The translations under genes and the position numbers were made by a program. 64,000 bases of DNA from Bugula neritina (Eukaryota; Animalia; Bryozoa), in NCBI GenBank assembly GCA_964035545.1, contig OZ037766.1, forward strand, positions 16,544,722 through 16,608,721, in the 5' to 3' direction. The notes beneath the pieces were generated by a model. It was not told where the DNA came from. It saw only the letters and a program-made list of their open reading frames with translations, and did no database searches. How positions within the stretch are numbered: the stretch's first letter is position 1; every line of letters begins with the position of its first letter. Below, one piece after another: positions 47,801 through 61,509 of this stretch.

Positions 47801-50800
47801 CTTATGTTTTATTAATTGACCGTTTTGTCAGAGTATAGTTTTATTTTATTTATAGCTCCAGGTATTCTTACTAGCACAACTCTTAAGATGAAGTTAAAGG
47901 GTGTTGAATTTATATATGTCAAGAGGAAATTAACAATACAATACCACTAAAAGTGAAGACTTTAAAACTTTAAGAGGTATTGGACAGCTTGGCGTTTAAG
48001 TTTACATATGCATCACATGCATTGTGACTTCGGTTTCATGAAAAATAAATTCGTGGAAACATAGAGCAGACTATTCTACATTTTCATTGAAGAGAATTTA
48101 TGAAATTGTACATAACATTAAGTTGAAATTGAATTTTATTAACAATCACTACAACAACCGCATATGCATCGCTTACTTCAATTTCAGACTTGATTAGGTG
48201 ATAATCAGCCAATACTTGATAGCCTTCAGGATTTGTCTGATCATGCTCGATGGCCTTTTTTATGCTGGATATACAGACTTCTTCGGCATCGTCATCATCA
48301 CTACATCACAACAGGGAGACAGTATAGACTGAAGTACATCCCTTAGTATAGAATGCAATTACTGAATAGCAATAGCAAAATGATTGATCAATCCAGTTAA
48401 CTATATACTGAAATCACAAAATTGCAAGAAAACTTTGTGAAGTTGTCCACTCTGCCAAATTGAACTTTCAACTGAAAATCGCGAAGGTATGAACAGGGCG
48501 CTTTCACACCTGTAAGAAAATGTACCCCAGGATTCTCATATTGTGGAGGAGGACTATAGTTAACATTGGCAGTTATGTCATGTAAGGTGATCCTAGTTAC
48601 ATACCATAAATCAGTCATATAGAGTTCAGCGATTGAAAGATATGCCGAAGAAATGTCTTTGGCTGTGGGCTCTGCGCTATCATTACTAGCTCCAAGTGCT
48701 TTGTTCTCCTATGAAATGATGTTCACAGTGTAATCATGAAAGTACAGTATAATCTTAATGAGTATCTTCTAATAACAAGATCTAATTTGCAGCAATCAGA
48801 GTATGAAACTGTAGGCATTAAAACTGAACCGCATTTCTACAGACAAACATCAAGTGTTAATTTCAACATAACTTGCTCACAATATTCCCATCATGTCACG
48901 CTTGCAATTTTATAGAAACAACCATTGAATGTAATCAAATATAAGCATTATAATCATAATATTTAACTTTATTTTTAAATCTGATATAATAATTGTGGTC
49001 ATAAAGTTTAGCGAGCAGCTGTAGCTTAGAGAACACAACTTCAGTAATTTGATTCCGAGTAAAGGCTATTCATTATGCTAGCAAGAGCATCCAGTCATAA
49101 TTGTTCTTTTCCCACAACAGAAAACAAGTCCTTAGCCTGCTCAAGAAACCCTAACTACTGACAGAGACTCTCACACTGACAGAGACCTCAAACGTATACA
49201 CAAGGATACAGTTTAAGCGGTATAAATACCTGAGCTTCTATACAGTTGAGCATCACCTCAATAGCTTTGTTGTAACATTGCACAGCCTGTGACCCATTTA
49301 ATATCTGACCTAGATAGAGATACTTGATGTGGCCAATGTCGGGCTCCAGTTCTACACAACGTCCAAAGCACTGCAAAGTGATCAACTTGAATCTTAATTT
49401 TCGAAAAATGAAGAATGCTAAGTTTATATTAGAACAGTAAATCTATCACACTGAAAAACGAAGTATAATATTAAACTCATTTACACTCTAATTTCAATCA
49501 TTTTTAATTCAAAACACAAATTGAACGCACAAATCATTACTACTTTCGTGACTCATCAACTTGATTAAACTAAAGACTGGTTAATCATCAATTAAACTTA
49601 AAAGTGTAACAAAATCTTGAATAAGCTTATGTCTATTACATCTACTTAGGTTGATCTAAATCTAATACCAAGTTGAGTCAAACTTAGAACTTGGAAGTGA
49701 AATTTATACCAAGTCTTTATACGCAGAGTCAGTATCCACATGAAAAATAGTATGCATAAATCATCAAAAGCATTTATATTTTATATTCAGAAAATGGTAT
49801 TCACTACATTACTTATTCACATTGATTATTTAATCATTTTAAAAAAGAATTGAAAACAAATATGAATACAAGATTAAAAATTAAAACTCATCACAAAAAA
49901 CCAATTATCCAGTAATAATGATGTATAATCGCGGTAGATAATAAAGAAGTTATACAATCCTTGAAAAAGCTTGATACTTGAAATCTATGGACTTTTGAAA
50001 GAAAATTTGCAACTCTAAAAACTAAATATATCTTGAAATTTCATTGTTTCCATGATAACTTTTCATTTGCTAAATCATTGCCACCACATCTTGTTTTGTT
50101 GTGACGAGTCACATATATTAACAATGTCAATAAAACCTAGTGAGCTACAGATATTGCTGTTAAATGGAAACAATTCAACAAGTTTGGGGTTTAAATACTT
50201 GATACTCGCCTGTTTAGCTGCGTCCATATCACCTACTTCCATCATTACATGCCCCGTCAGCTCCAAAACCTTTACATTTTCATTGTCCAACTCAATAGCT
50301 TTCTGACAGTACCTCTGGGCCATGTCAAAGTCATATTCGTTTATACTACTTTGAGCCTACAACTCAAAAACTACCATATCAACAATGTGATTAGTGAGGG
50401 TGTAATTAGTAGCACAATGTGTGGTTCACATGAAGAATACAGACATATATGAAGCCTCATGGACCATGAAGGAACACAACCCAAAGCAATTGCTGTGGCC
50501 TGTCACAGACCGGAAAAACATTTTTAGCTGCTGAAATAGTAAGATAAATTCCATATTCTCATGAAGTAACTACTAAAGACGCCAATCGAGTTGAGCAAAG
50601 GCCAATATTAAAGACAAACATAGTAGTCAAATTAACAAACTGTATAGTGTATGACATTCATATATTGTAAAAGGTCAAAAAATTCATCTAGGCAATTATG
50701 CCTAAAAATGCACATTTTAAAATATTTATAAATATCTTACTTAGAATTTTAAACAGCTATAACAAAAAAATTCTAACAGCAGCAAAATAAATTAAGTTGG

Positions 50801-51272
50801 TTGAAGAATTTCATAAAAGATGGTAGCTCAATTATAAAATGCTAGTTTATAAAACAAATTCACATTGACAAAAACGTAATGAATTTCTATATAATCAATA
50901 ATGAAACACAACATGCTTTCAAATAGACATTGTGGGAGGATTACTAACTCAAGAGTATATTTTGACAATTGGGTCTTGACTATGTATATCTTAAAATTCG
51001 CTTGACTGCTTCGTACTACAAGAGTGTTACCAACTACATAGAAATTAGCTGCAGTACCTTATCCAGAACGTCTTGTAAAGTGTACTTGGGTGCATCCTCT
51101 TGATCAATCCCTTTAGGAATTGGCTTAGCTTTCTTTGAGACTACAAATTTATAAGTAAGCATATGTATAAGTTTTTAGAAATTGAACAACTAATTGAGCA
51201 ATGATTCCATGCTGCATCAAACTTACCATTCTTTTTCTTGGCCTGCTGTTTGGTTTTACTTTTCCGTGGCAT
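44827..51272 (-). CDS. ACL4: TPR protein, probable assembly chaperone of Rpl4 (ACL4-like), 11 coding exons, 376 aa
   Basis: Exons 51272-51227, 51140-51058, 50356-50210, 49370-49230, 48708-48605, 48300-48177, 47502-47311, 46792-46739, 46614-46528, 45104-45017, 44891-44827. Basic N-terminus, GHIKYLYLGQ, SIAELYMTDLC, SLSLWLP, VWYLIGW and an acidic C-terminus. Confidence 0.85.
49015..49130 (+). mobile_element. Degenerate tRNA-derived SINE copy
   Basis: AAGAGCATCCAGTCATAATT and flanks match the SINE at 53850-54000. Confidence 0.45.
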
Positions 51273-52019
51273 TATGCAATTTTTAGCATAGCACAGGATC
51301 TACAACAAACCTGACATTGTAAATATATATTACAAACTATAAAGCTTACGATTAAGGTGCTCAATGCTACAAATAAATACTATTATTACGGCAAACCTTG
51401 TAAACAGATCCTTATAGATTGTGTACTTCTCAGCTCCTGGTAAGTCTACTGAAGCTTAGATTTTACAAAGAAACTGTAGTTGCTTTTTCCATGCAGAAAG
51501 AAGTTCTCTCAGATAAAATTTTTTATTAATGGGTGAGCCTAAGATTAGGGGTAAAAATATATGTAAGTTACAATGGCAAACTCCTACCACTGTCTTTATT
51601 GTGGCAACCCTTAAAATCATACAGACCAATGAAGCAGCACTTACATGTAGGCTAAAAAATCTTTGACACGGTATATTTACGCAGTACATATAATATTGTT
51701 TTCATTATCTACAAACTGCTTGATAGTTACATATCCAAACAAATGCTAATTTAGATCGTAGCTTGTGTAATGCAGGTACAGCGCTATGTCTATAATGATC
51801 AGCAAATGGTTATAATAATCATAATAATTGCATTAGCATCAATTTAACAATAACTTAAACTCATATAAATAGAATTATGACTGTATGTAACACTACCACT
51901 GCCTTTTAGTATGACTAAATACTGATAGTAATAGACACAGTTGCCTTTGGCACTACATTTAGGTCAAGGAAAACTTTTAATAGCCCAAATTCTTGTATGT
52001 TCGCAACAAATATTTACAA

Positions 52020-52523
52020 AAATTATGATTATCATAGTTATTACCATCAGCATGAGTATCACTATGACTATCACTATCAGTATGACTATGAGTATGGCAC
52101 TATGACTATGAGATTGAGTATCACTACCAGTATGAGTATCACTATTACTATGACCATTAGCATCAGTATCACTAGCACTAACTCTATGGCATTGAGTTTG
52201 ACTATGAGAGCATGAGTATCATTTACATTATCACTGCATGACTATCACTATGACTATGACTACCAGTATGACTATGACTATCAGTATGATAATGATAATC
52301 ATTATCACTCATAATCATAACCATAATGATAATATTAATTATAAAATTAAATGATAATCATAATGATAACCATTAAATTAATCATTAATGTGTACACTTA
52401 CAGTTACTGTACAGTACAACACTACAAGTACAAGTTCGAGTTGAAGATGAAGTACTACCACTACCAGGACTAGGTCTAGTACTACTACTGCTGCTGCTAC
52501 TACTGCTACTACTACTACTAGTG

Positions 52524-52562
<39 letters not shown>

Positions 52563-53250
52563 GTGCTACGCCTACTGTCCACTATTACTACTACTAGTAC
52601 TACAATCCACAGTACAAGTACTACTAGACCTAGCAGTAGTTCTAGTACTAGTGACTGTGAGTAAAGCAATACTACTACAATTAATATTAATATTATACTT
52701 ATAGTTAATGTTATACTAATACTAATAAAGTAATACAGTATTACTAATACTAATACTAATAGTAATACTAAGTCTAATAGTAATACTTACAGTTATACTA
52801 AGTCTAATAGTAATACTAATAGTAATAGTTAATGTTATAGTAATACTAATAGTAATACTAATACTAATACTAATAGTAATACTTATAGTTATACTAATAC
52901 TAATAGTAATAGTGATGGTCAAGTATTTATTTATTACTATTACTATTAGTAATATTATTAGTTATACTAATAGCAATACTAATAGTAATAGTAATACTAA
53001 TACTAATAGTAATACTAATAGTTATAGTAATAGTAAATGTAATACTTATACTTGATTATCACCATCACCATGGTCCATGGGCATGGCCATGGCCCGTGCC
53101 ATGGGCATGTTACATGTACTTACTATAACTATTACTCTATTAATATAACTATTACTAATAGTAAAGTATTACTTGTTGCTATTAATATTAGTAATAATAA
53201 TAATATTAGTATTATTATTAGTATTACTATATAAATATTATTATTACCAG
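52020..53250. repeat. Large low-complexity (TAC/TAA/TGA)n tract
   Basis: Seen directly; it gives poly-Ser and ITIS pseudo-ORFs. Confidence 0.9.
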
Positions 53251-53849
53251 TAAACCTTGTCGTAAGACCAAAAGTAAAAAGATACCTAATCCAGCTCACG
53301 TTGGAACTTGTGCGGACCTTGACCTTACACAGGCCTTCGATTCTAGAAGTTTGAAGCGATTTATTATCCCTTTCCCACTTGAAGCAAGAATTTGCGGTGA
53401 GCCAACAGAAGCTGCCTTCCTCTAACCTTTGGTTTCATTGTTTCAGCTAGCATCGTCTGCAAGTTTTTTTTCTGAAGTCAAGCTGCTAAAAAAGAGGGTG
53501 CAAGTGGCTGCTGAATAATATTAATGATTAATAGCTAAAAACTATAATTTGGTAAATTATTGTAACAGTAATGACTAATGAGTAATCATATGTTGAGATT
53601 TATTCCTTCACCAACTCCATGACTCATGCACAGTATAGAAATGGGTATTAGTAAATATATTTATTAAAATTACTATTAGATGATTGCATAATTATGTACT
53701 CTGTTAGGCGACTGTGCATGTCAGGATACCTATATGGGTAGATTAGCGAGAATACTCTAAGTCTATATAAATTTCTGTTATAGGAATATTTTTACAAGGA
53801 GAAAAAAGCAAGTTCCTGGTATTTAATTACCAACTGTAAGTGTAAAAAG

Positions 53850-54000
53850 AGCAGCCATGGTCTAGGGCTCTAAGCCCTAGGGGTTAGAGCCCTAGACCAT
53901 GGCTTAGTAAACACGAAGTCATGGGTTCGACTCCAACAAAAGCCATTAGTGATGTTAGGAAGAGCACCCAGTCATAATTACTCCTGTGCCCCATCTAAAT
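53850..54000 (+). mobile_element. tRNA-derived SINE with palindromic A-box region
   Basis: A-box-like TGGTCTAGGG..GTTAGAGC and B-box GGTTCGACTCC at ~53924-53934. No complete cloverleaf. Confidence 0.65.
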
Positions 54001-54469
54001 AAGTCTTTAGCCCGATTTAACAAAAAAACCCTTTCCATCAGGGGTTCTCACAGAGATGGAGTTTTTGTAAGTGGAAAAGGAGTGTCCCTTGCTTCTCCAA
54101 TGACAAGGTTTTGTCTTGACAAATGGCAGTGTCATGCCCCAGGTAACACATGTCATATTATTCTATGGCTGGCCTGCATACTTTCTTAGATTTATTTGGC
54201 TAGCATGAGCTGCTAGAAGAAGCACCACTACCCTCACAAATCCACTCTTTATCCCATTGTACAACATGGGCTATAACTCAACCAAGATCTACTTATGTTC
54301 CTTAGTACAAAAGGTGTCACAACTCACAGCATATCAAACACAGCAGTTACATAATATCTGTGCTTTAATTATTTTGCCACTTCAATGCTACAGCCAATAC
54401 ACCATCATCAAGCAATGCTAAAAAATCAATCTCTTTGATATTAATCTGATGAGCATGATTAGCCAGATT

Positions 54470-54585
54470 TCTGTTAATCCTTTCTGTTAATGTTTCTGTT
54501 GCTGCATTGCTGTTGTTGGTGACCGTTGCTTGATATAGATTACAGCTTTTGGGCAGCATTGGCCATTCAGTGGACAATTTTGTTA
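54470..54585 (-). mobile_element. Short Penelope-like GIY-YIG fragment
   Basis: NCPLNGQCCPKAVIY/QATVTNN with a frameshift. Confidence 0.6.
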
Positions 54586-55501
54586 CTAATTGGGGAGACA
54601 ACTTCTTCATCTTCCTCTTCAATATTTTCCAATGTTATCTTATAGTCTATCACTTTCTCAAACACACTCACTCCATCATCTAATCCATCTCTACTAATAG
54701 CACTCTTCACTTTTTAATAAAGACTTTCATCTCTGTAACTTCATCTAGATTTCTGAAAATATGTTTTTTAATTGGCACATTGGCTTCCATTTTTTTCTCA
54801 CCTATCTCCGCTTTGCCCTGTTCGGGTAGCGGGTCACATTGGTTTCCATGCACATAATAAAATTGATCTTGGACAATACATGCTTAATTAATGTTTTTAA
54901 TCCACATAAACTGTATCTCAAAGTTATGCTCCAATCACTGAAAGAGCTCAAAAAAATACAAAAAGTATAATTTGGATTTGTATTCCCTGATACATGTTTT
55001 TACTATAATGTGCAATGCGCTACGTACCAACTAGAAACTTTTTAATTATTTTTACATTGCGTGGAGTGAAAGGTTTTAGTCTAGGATGAACTTTTACATA
55101 TTTTATCTTCTATAAAAAGTACTATGAATATTAATCTAACAATTACATAATAATAGAAGACAACATATTGATATTAGAAAAGTATAAACTTTCTACTTCA
55201 AATCTTGAAAGAAAATGCAAGTAAACTTACTTAGTAAAAGTGTATGTTGGAGAGACAATCTCATTCACACCAGTAGTCAGAGATGTCTTATCAGAGAAGG
55301 AATGGGTTTTAGAATTATACATGCTTATATCAACAATTATATACTAACAACGAGTATATCTGAGAACTGTTTGATGCTAGCTATAGAATAGTCAGCGTGG
55401 TTTGCCAAGATACAGATATAGAATGAGCTTTTAGTCATTTTGATTGTTGTACTAGTCACAAGACGCAATGTATACAATTCATACTTTTCATTGTTGACAT
55501 C
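54580..55501 (-). repeat. Unclassified ~0.9-kb dispersed repeat, copy 2 (inverted relative to 12322-13200)
   Basis: Same shared blocks as copy 1, plus a ~55-bp insertion at ~54790-54845. Confidence 0.85.
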
Positions 55502-55504
55502 ATG

Positions 55505-55620
<116 letters not shown>

Positions 55621-55629
55621 CATAGGCTA

Positions 55630-56100
55630 TAGGTTTGCATATAATGAAATATTTTTTTAAAATGCACAGCTTGCATTGCTTTGAAGTTGGTTTGTAGCTG
55701 GAGCATGACTGATGATCTTCCACATGATTTCATAGCTAATGCCTTTGTCTTTTAAGTACCTACCATATGCGCCTGCTTAGTTCTGTAGAGTGCTTATGCC
55801 TTTGGTGTTTGAAAGAGCCATGGTGTGATTGTACAGGCGCGATGTTTAAATTCAGTTTCACATAATCCAATATATATTTGTGTCGGAGCCATGCCTGATG
55901 ATGTTACAGTATCTTGGTATATAATGTTGAAGTATAAGCATTTGCCATTCAGTGGGCAGCTGTCGGATTTCTTTTTTCAGTTGCAAGTTTTCTTGGTGTT
56001 GTAACTATTAGTTGCAACTTGCTTGCTATAAGGTGGATTGAACCATAAAATATATTACTCGTTCTAGGTAGTTTGCAGTGTGCAGGTTGCTTCTTATACA
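55630..56100 (-). mobile_element. Degenerate Penelope-like element (GIY-YIG endonuclease region)
   Basis: NILWFNPPYS; CPLNGKCLYFNIIYQDTVT...IYIGLCETEFKHRLYNH; KPTSKQCKLCILKKYFIICKP; with stops, frameshifts and deletions. Confidence 0.85.
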
Positions 56101-56513
56101 GCATTGTAAAATTATACTCACTCCACACCTAGCACACACGCACACAAATTGACTAACTGACTTTTATATTACAGCAGCATTTTTTGAGTTTGTCAAAATT
56201 TCTCATATAACTTTAGTGGAATGTGTGAATGATGAAAGTCTTTGCACAACACACAATTCTACCCTAGAGAATGATTGGATAATATAAAATAACTCTATAT
56301 AAAATTCTTTTAATATAATTGAAACTGTATGCACATGCTAATATGAGATACACAATCAACAATTTTAGAGTTCTTCAAGATTCTAATGTTTATTAGTGAT
56401 AATATGTTCTATTTACTTGTAGGGTTATCTTCTTTATTTAATTTCTTCACGGATGAACAACTCTACAATCGATATGAATATTTGTCGCCAAAGTTTACTT
56501 TTGCGCACCCTTG

Positions 56514-56555
56514 CTCTTCCTTTTTCGTCCATTACCTAGTGGCATTAGATGTGCA
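56514..56555 (+). promoter_or_regulatory. TCT/5'-TOP initiator and non-coding first exon of RPSA
   Basis: Pyrimidine tract CTCTTCCTTTTTC at 56514-56526 followed by a GTAAGT donor at 56556, typical of ribosomal protein genes. Confidence 0.7.
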
Positions 56556-57444
56556 GTAAGTTTCTCCTTATTATTAAACAATAATTTTTGATTATTTAGC
56601 TTCATAATAATAGTTGTAATATTAATTTGTTGTATGCTAAACACCAGCAGTAAACAGTAAATGTTATAGGCATAGCGCTAGTGCCTAATGGGTAACTCTA
56701 ACTGTTGTAACTGTAAGTGTAAATCACTAAATGACTAGAACTTAAAACTAGAATTAAAGGTAAATCTTCAGTTATTCACATAGTTATATTTATAGTAATA
56801 CTAATAGTTATACTTATCGTAAAAGTAAAGTTTGAAAATTACCCACACTGGCAAAGGCTGAGTGACTGAGTCGACAGTCAATGGACAAAATTCGTCAATT
56901 CATTAGCGGTTAGCCTCTCGCTCTCAGGCTCTTGTAGTTGTGACTTGTGTTGTGTTTTGTTTGTATTTGTTAATTTATTCTATGTCTGTAAACCCGAATG
57001 TGTTGGTTTAACTTAAAAATTTAGTTCAGTTCTTATTTAGCGCGAGCGTGTAGTTCAGTTTTAACCTCCAAGTCAGATTCAAAAAGTTGCTAATGCTATA
57101 CTCAATCTCAAGTCATACTCCTGATGAATAAATAATCATTCTGATTTATAATATTAACTTTTGACATTCATATTGTTATTGTCTTCAAGGTACAACTGAA
57201 TAATAGCTATAAGTATAACAATAAAAACACATGATAACTGATAATATTTATTGGCAATTGTTCTAGTAGAAAATAAATAAGTAATATATGAATCGCTAAC
57301 ATACCACTAGTTAACTAAGCAACTTATAAACCTAGTTTATATTATCTTTGTGCAAACTAAGTTGAAATTGTATGAACTCTACATAAATGTTCTGTGAATT
57401 ATTAGGTTGGTTGCCGTAATTGACTATATTACTAGCTGTTCAAG

Positions 57445-58940
57445 ATGTCAGGAAATAGTGACGCACTGAGTCTTAAGGAGGAAGATGTTAAAAAGATCCT
57501 TGCTTGTGGATCCCATATTGGGACTTCACAAGTTGACTTCCAGATGGAGCAGTATATGTTCAAGCGCAGGCCTGATGGTTAGTAAGTAAGCTAAACAAAT
57601 AATTTAAAAGTCTCCCAGAATGTGTATTAGCAGTGATGTTTGTAATTTGCGTCTGATGTGATATCTGTCACTCTATGAAGCCTAAATTACTGAGCTTTCA
57701 CCAGCCTTGTTGATATATTTTACAATTGCCTGGTGCTAGCATTGATATTTTCAATGGATTGCAGGCGTTTACATTATGAACATGAGGAAAATGTGGGAGA
57801 AGATGGTGTTGGCTGCTAGAGCAATAGCTGCTATTGAAAACCCAGCTGATGTGTTTGTGGTTTCCTCCAGACCGTATGGACAGCGTGCCATTCTCAAGTA
57901 TGCTGCTGCCACAGGAGCTGTAGCTATAGCCGGAAGGTTCACCCCTGGAACCTTCACTAACTACATCCAGGTAACTGTTGATTTCTCTATAATATTCTAT
58001 TACTATTTAATGCTCTGATGATTTCTATACCTGTCTGTCAACTGAAAATTTATGTCGTCAACTTGGTATACTGAGCATTCTCTTGTGTACAAGCTAATAA
58101 CAAGAATTTTGCATATTGCCAGTAAGAGTAATGCAAAGACATTTTTTGTAGAAAAACTTCCGTGAGCCTCGTCTCCTGGTTATCACTGACCCCCGGGCTG
58201 ATCACCAAGCTGTTAGAGAAGCCTCTTATGTAAACATCCCAGTCATTGCGCTCTGCAACTCCGACACTCCACTGCGGTTTGTAGACATTGCTGTGCCGAC
58301 TAATAACAAGAGTATCCATTCAATCGGTCTGGCATGGTGGTTTCTAGCTAGAGAGGTATTGAGACTGAGAGGTACCATCTCAAGAGAAGTACCATGGGAA
58401 GTCATGGTTGATCTCTACTTCTACAGAGACCCTGAAGAGGTTAGTGTTTTGTATCACCTAATATTAGAGACATAAATAAAATGCTTATTTGTTTCCAGTG
58501 ATGTGTGTAATTTGCGTCTTATGTGGTTGTCAGTGGTGGGCCTGCCGGCTCACCTGTACTGCATCTGCTAGTTGATGATTATTGATACTGAGGATACCCA
58601 ACAGAAGCTTCTTTACAGTAATATTTTCTCTTCATAAGTACTTTCATTTTTTGTTTGTTTGTTTTAGGTTGAGAAGGAGGAACAGGCAGCTAAAGAAAGT
58701 GCCCAGCAGTATGCTCTCGCTGATACCATACCTTCTACTGAGAATTGGGCCACAGATGCAGCTGAACCTGTACAAGACTGGGCCGCTGAAGTTGGTGCAA
58801 CTCCAGCTGTGGCTCCAGCTGTAACTCAACCGGCTGGTGGCTATGATGACTGGTCTACTACTGCTCCCACTGAAGATTGGTCTGCCCCTGCTCCTGGTGG
58901 TGACCAATGGGGTGGTGGTGCCACTGAAAACTGGGCTTAA
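57445..58940 (+). CDS. RPSA: 40S ribosomal protein SA (uS2), 4 coding exons
   Basis: Exons 57445-57577, 57765-57970, 58152-58439, 58668-58940. Motifs [50 protein letters not shown] and DW repeats. AATAAA at 58969. Confidence 0.97.
57629..57696 (+). ncRNA. SNORD16: Box C/D snoRNA, U16/SNORD16-like (short copy)
   Basis: AGC/GCT stem, C box GTGATGT, guide GTAATTTGCG (antisense to 18S CGCAAAUUAC), D' CTGA 57653, D CTGA 57690; intronic in RPSA. Confidence 0.8.
58009..58079 (+). ncRNA. Box C/D snoRNA, target unassigned
   Basis: AATGC/GCATT terminal stem, C box TGATGA 58016, D' CTGA 58042, D CTGA 58071; ends ~70 nt upstream of the 3' splice site. Confidence 0.75.
58494..58594 (+). ncRNA. SNORD16: Box C/D snoRNA, U16/SNORD16-like (long copy)
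   Basis: TCC/GGA stem, C box GTGATGT, GTAATTTGCGTCTTA (matches vertebrate U16 guide plus CTTA D' as I recall it), C' TGATGA 58573, D CTGA 58588. Confidence 0.85.
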
Positions 58941-60327
58941 CTGTCTCTACTCTGTCAAAACATCTTGGAATAAAGAATATATAAATTACTGAAATCTCTT
59001 GTCATTCATTTATGCAGCACTAGTCCAGTCTGATAAACCTTCACATGCTAAAGGCTGAGTGCTAGAAGTTGTGATATGATTTGCTTATTGCTGTGCAAAG
59101 TTTTGTAGAGTTATCATACTCACCAGAACTGACAAAAATAACCATTTTCCTAACCATTCATATATTATAATAATTATACGGTGTATGCGAAATAATAGTT
59201 GGCACAGTGGCACTGGTTTTTAAGTTGGAAGTCTTTGCTTCAAGTGTTTCCTGGTAAAGACTGCTATTGGTTAGAGGCGTTTTCGAAGCTGCTGTGATCA
59301 CAGATGACACTTGCTCTTATGTGCTATTTCATATGAATATTCTGGACAAATTATTATTGCTACCTAAAGCACTCTGCTCTTTTACTGAAATGGCCAGTTA
59401 GGTGCAGAAATGGGGATTTTGAAAAAAATTCCTCACTAAATAGCATTTTGTTGAGAGCTCATCTCCATTACTGCACCTACCTCAACTTCTGTAGGGCACC
59501 TAGTGCAATGGTGTAGTTTATACGATTTGTATCGCGAGTAGATGACTTCTCGCATAACGACTGTCTGATCAAGGCAACACTACATAAAGTGAAAATTTGG
59601 CAGTTTTATAATGAATTTTTGAAAACGTACATTTTGCTATTGAATGTACGGAACTTTATATAATTTCTTTAACAACCTTGTTATATTAGGCAAACTGGCT
59701 CAACTGAGTGTGGGCCAGTTATAAGTTGCAATAATTAATTAGTGATGAGTTACATGTTGCAGCTGACCATTGCCCTCGCGGTTATATTAGCGGTTATATT
59801 ACCATCCACAGCCAATCAATTATTTTTAACAACGCGAGTCCAATAATAACTTTAGTTCTTGGTGAAAGGCCGGAGACATGAACCTACATTAGATTCTCTC
59901 ACGTGCAAATTAAAATCCATTTTAGTTACAACTTACAATCCATAATAGCCGTAGGGTACTGCAAGTTCGTTATTATTTAATATCATCATTTTGCCGCTGC
60001 AATCGAAAATTATAGTATTATTATAGTAAATAATTTGAGTTGTGTTTTTTAAATAATACTTAGAAATAGATTTAGTTACACTCAACTCATAACTCATTAA
60101 CTGTGATTCAGATTGCCATTGATGATTGAATTTGATTCATAATCATTGTGATTGTCGATGACAAATATTGTCATTCACATTGGATTGAATTATTCATAAT
60201 TCATTGATTTAACTCCGAGACTCGGACTGATCAGTAATACTGATTAACATTTTTAAAGTTCTGGTCCTTCTAGTGACTGTTTTAAATTTTAACTTCAAGA
60301 CTAGAAAGAGTTACTAAAAAATAACAA

Positions 60328-61270
60328 ATGGCTCTAACGGATGCACAAGCTAAACTGTTGGAAAATTTGGAACTTGAGATGATGGCGGATATGTACAACA
60401 GGTAAGCCACTTGCTTATGCTTACAACCTGCCAGTTTAAAAGAGTAGGCAAATGCTTAGCCTGGAGTGTCTTACTTTTTAACCGAGAATCTATGGGATGG
60501 ACTCAAGGCTAAACGTTAACATGAACATTTAATCCTTGCTATGCAACTGTTATACTATAATAATATTGTAATTGTATATAATCTCACTATGTATTATTCG
60601 TCTCACTTTTTATAACACAACCTATGACCATTGCTCTGTTGTTACAAGTACACAAATAATGCTCATACTTATAGGACAATGCTCAGAAAAAGTTACAGCT
60701 AGTCAAATCAAGAGTTAACCTAGTTGAAATTACTAATTAGATTAAGTTGAGTTGCATTAAATTGGTCTGAAGATATATGATTGATTGAATCTATTCAATC
60801 TAAATAGATTAATAACTTAAATTTGGTTTGTTGCAAGTTTTTTATAATATAATATTTTATCTACAACTAAATAAATTGAAAATTTTGAATGTTTTTAAAT
60901 TAAGGAATGATGCCTATCAATTACTAAGATCAAGTTTCAACAGCCACATTGTTTTCTGTTTTAAAAATGCTGAACTAGAATATTTTCACCGCACAGCTCT
61001 TAACATCTGCGGTTATTACTTTATTATTTTTATGAGCTAAAATATTTTTATATATGTCCATCTTTCAGAATGACCTCAGCTTGTCAGAAGAAGTGTGTGC
61101 CACCTAAATACAGTGATGGTGAATTATCAAAAGGAGAGGCTGTGTGTATCGACAGATGTGTAGCTAAGTTTATGGATGTTCATGATATTGTTGGGAAAAA
61201 GTTAACAGCTATGTCAAATGCAGAACAAGGAGGTGGCGCAGCAGGGCTACCAGGGACTATTCCAAAATAA
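60328..61270 (+). CDS. TIMM10: Mitochondrial import inner membrane translocase subunit Tim10, 2 exons
   Basis: Exons 60328-60401 and 61069-61270. [21 protein letters not shown]...[18 protein letters not shown] twin CX3C. Confidence 0.96.
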
Positions 61271-61509
61271 GACATTTGAAATTTAATGATTAAATGTTGG
61301 GAGTTGTGCTTAGTGGTATATATATTGTTTTATTAGACAAATTGTTTATTGTGTGTACAGAATTTGTATTGCTTAATAAATTATAGGACAAAATGTGCAT
61401 TACATTGTTGAGGTAATTATTTAACATTGAGAGATAATTTATTAGATGCAATGTTATAGCTTTAAATGTAGAAGAAAAATATAAAAATAAAGTTTTTTAG
61501 AACTATCTT

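Noticed and set aside
51997-53234. Poly-Ser and ITIS-repeat ORFs
   Set aside because: Low-complexity DNA with no coding signal.
53850-53945. tRNA gene
   Set aside because: B box is present but there is no cloverleaf or acceptor stem; SINE-derived.
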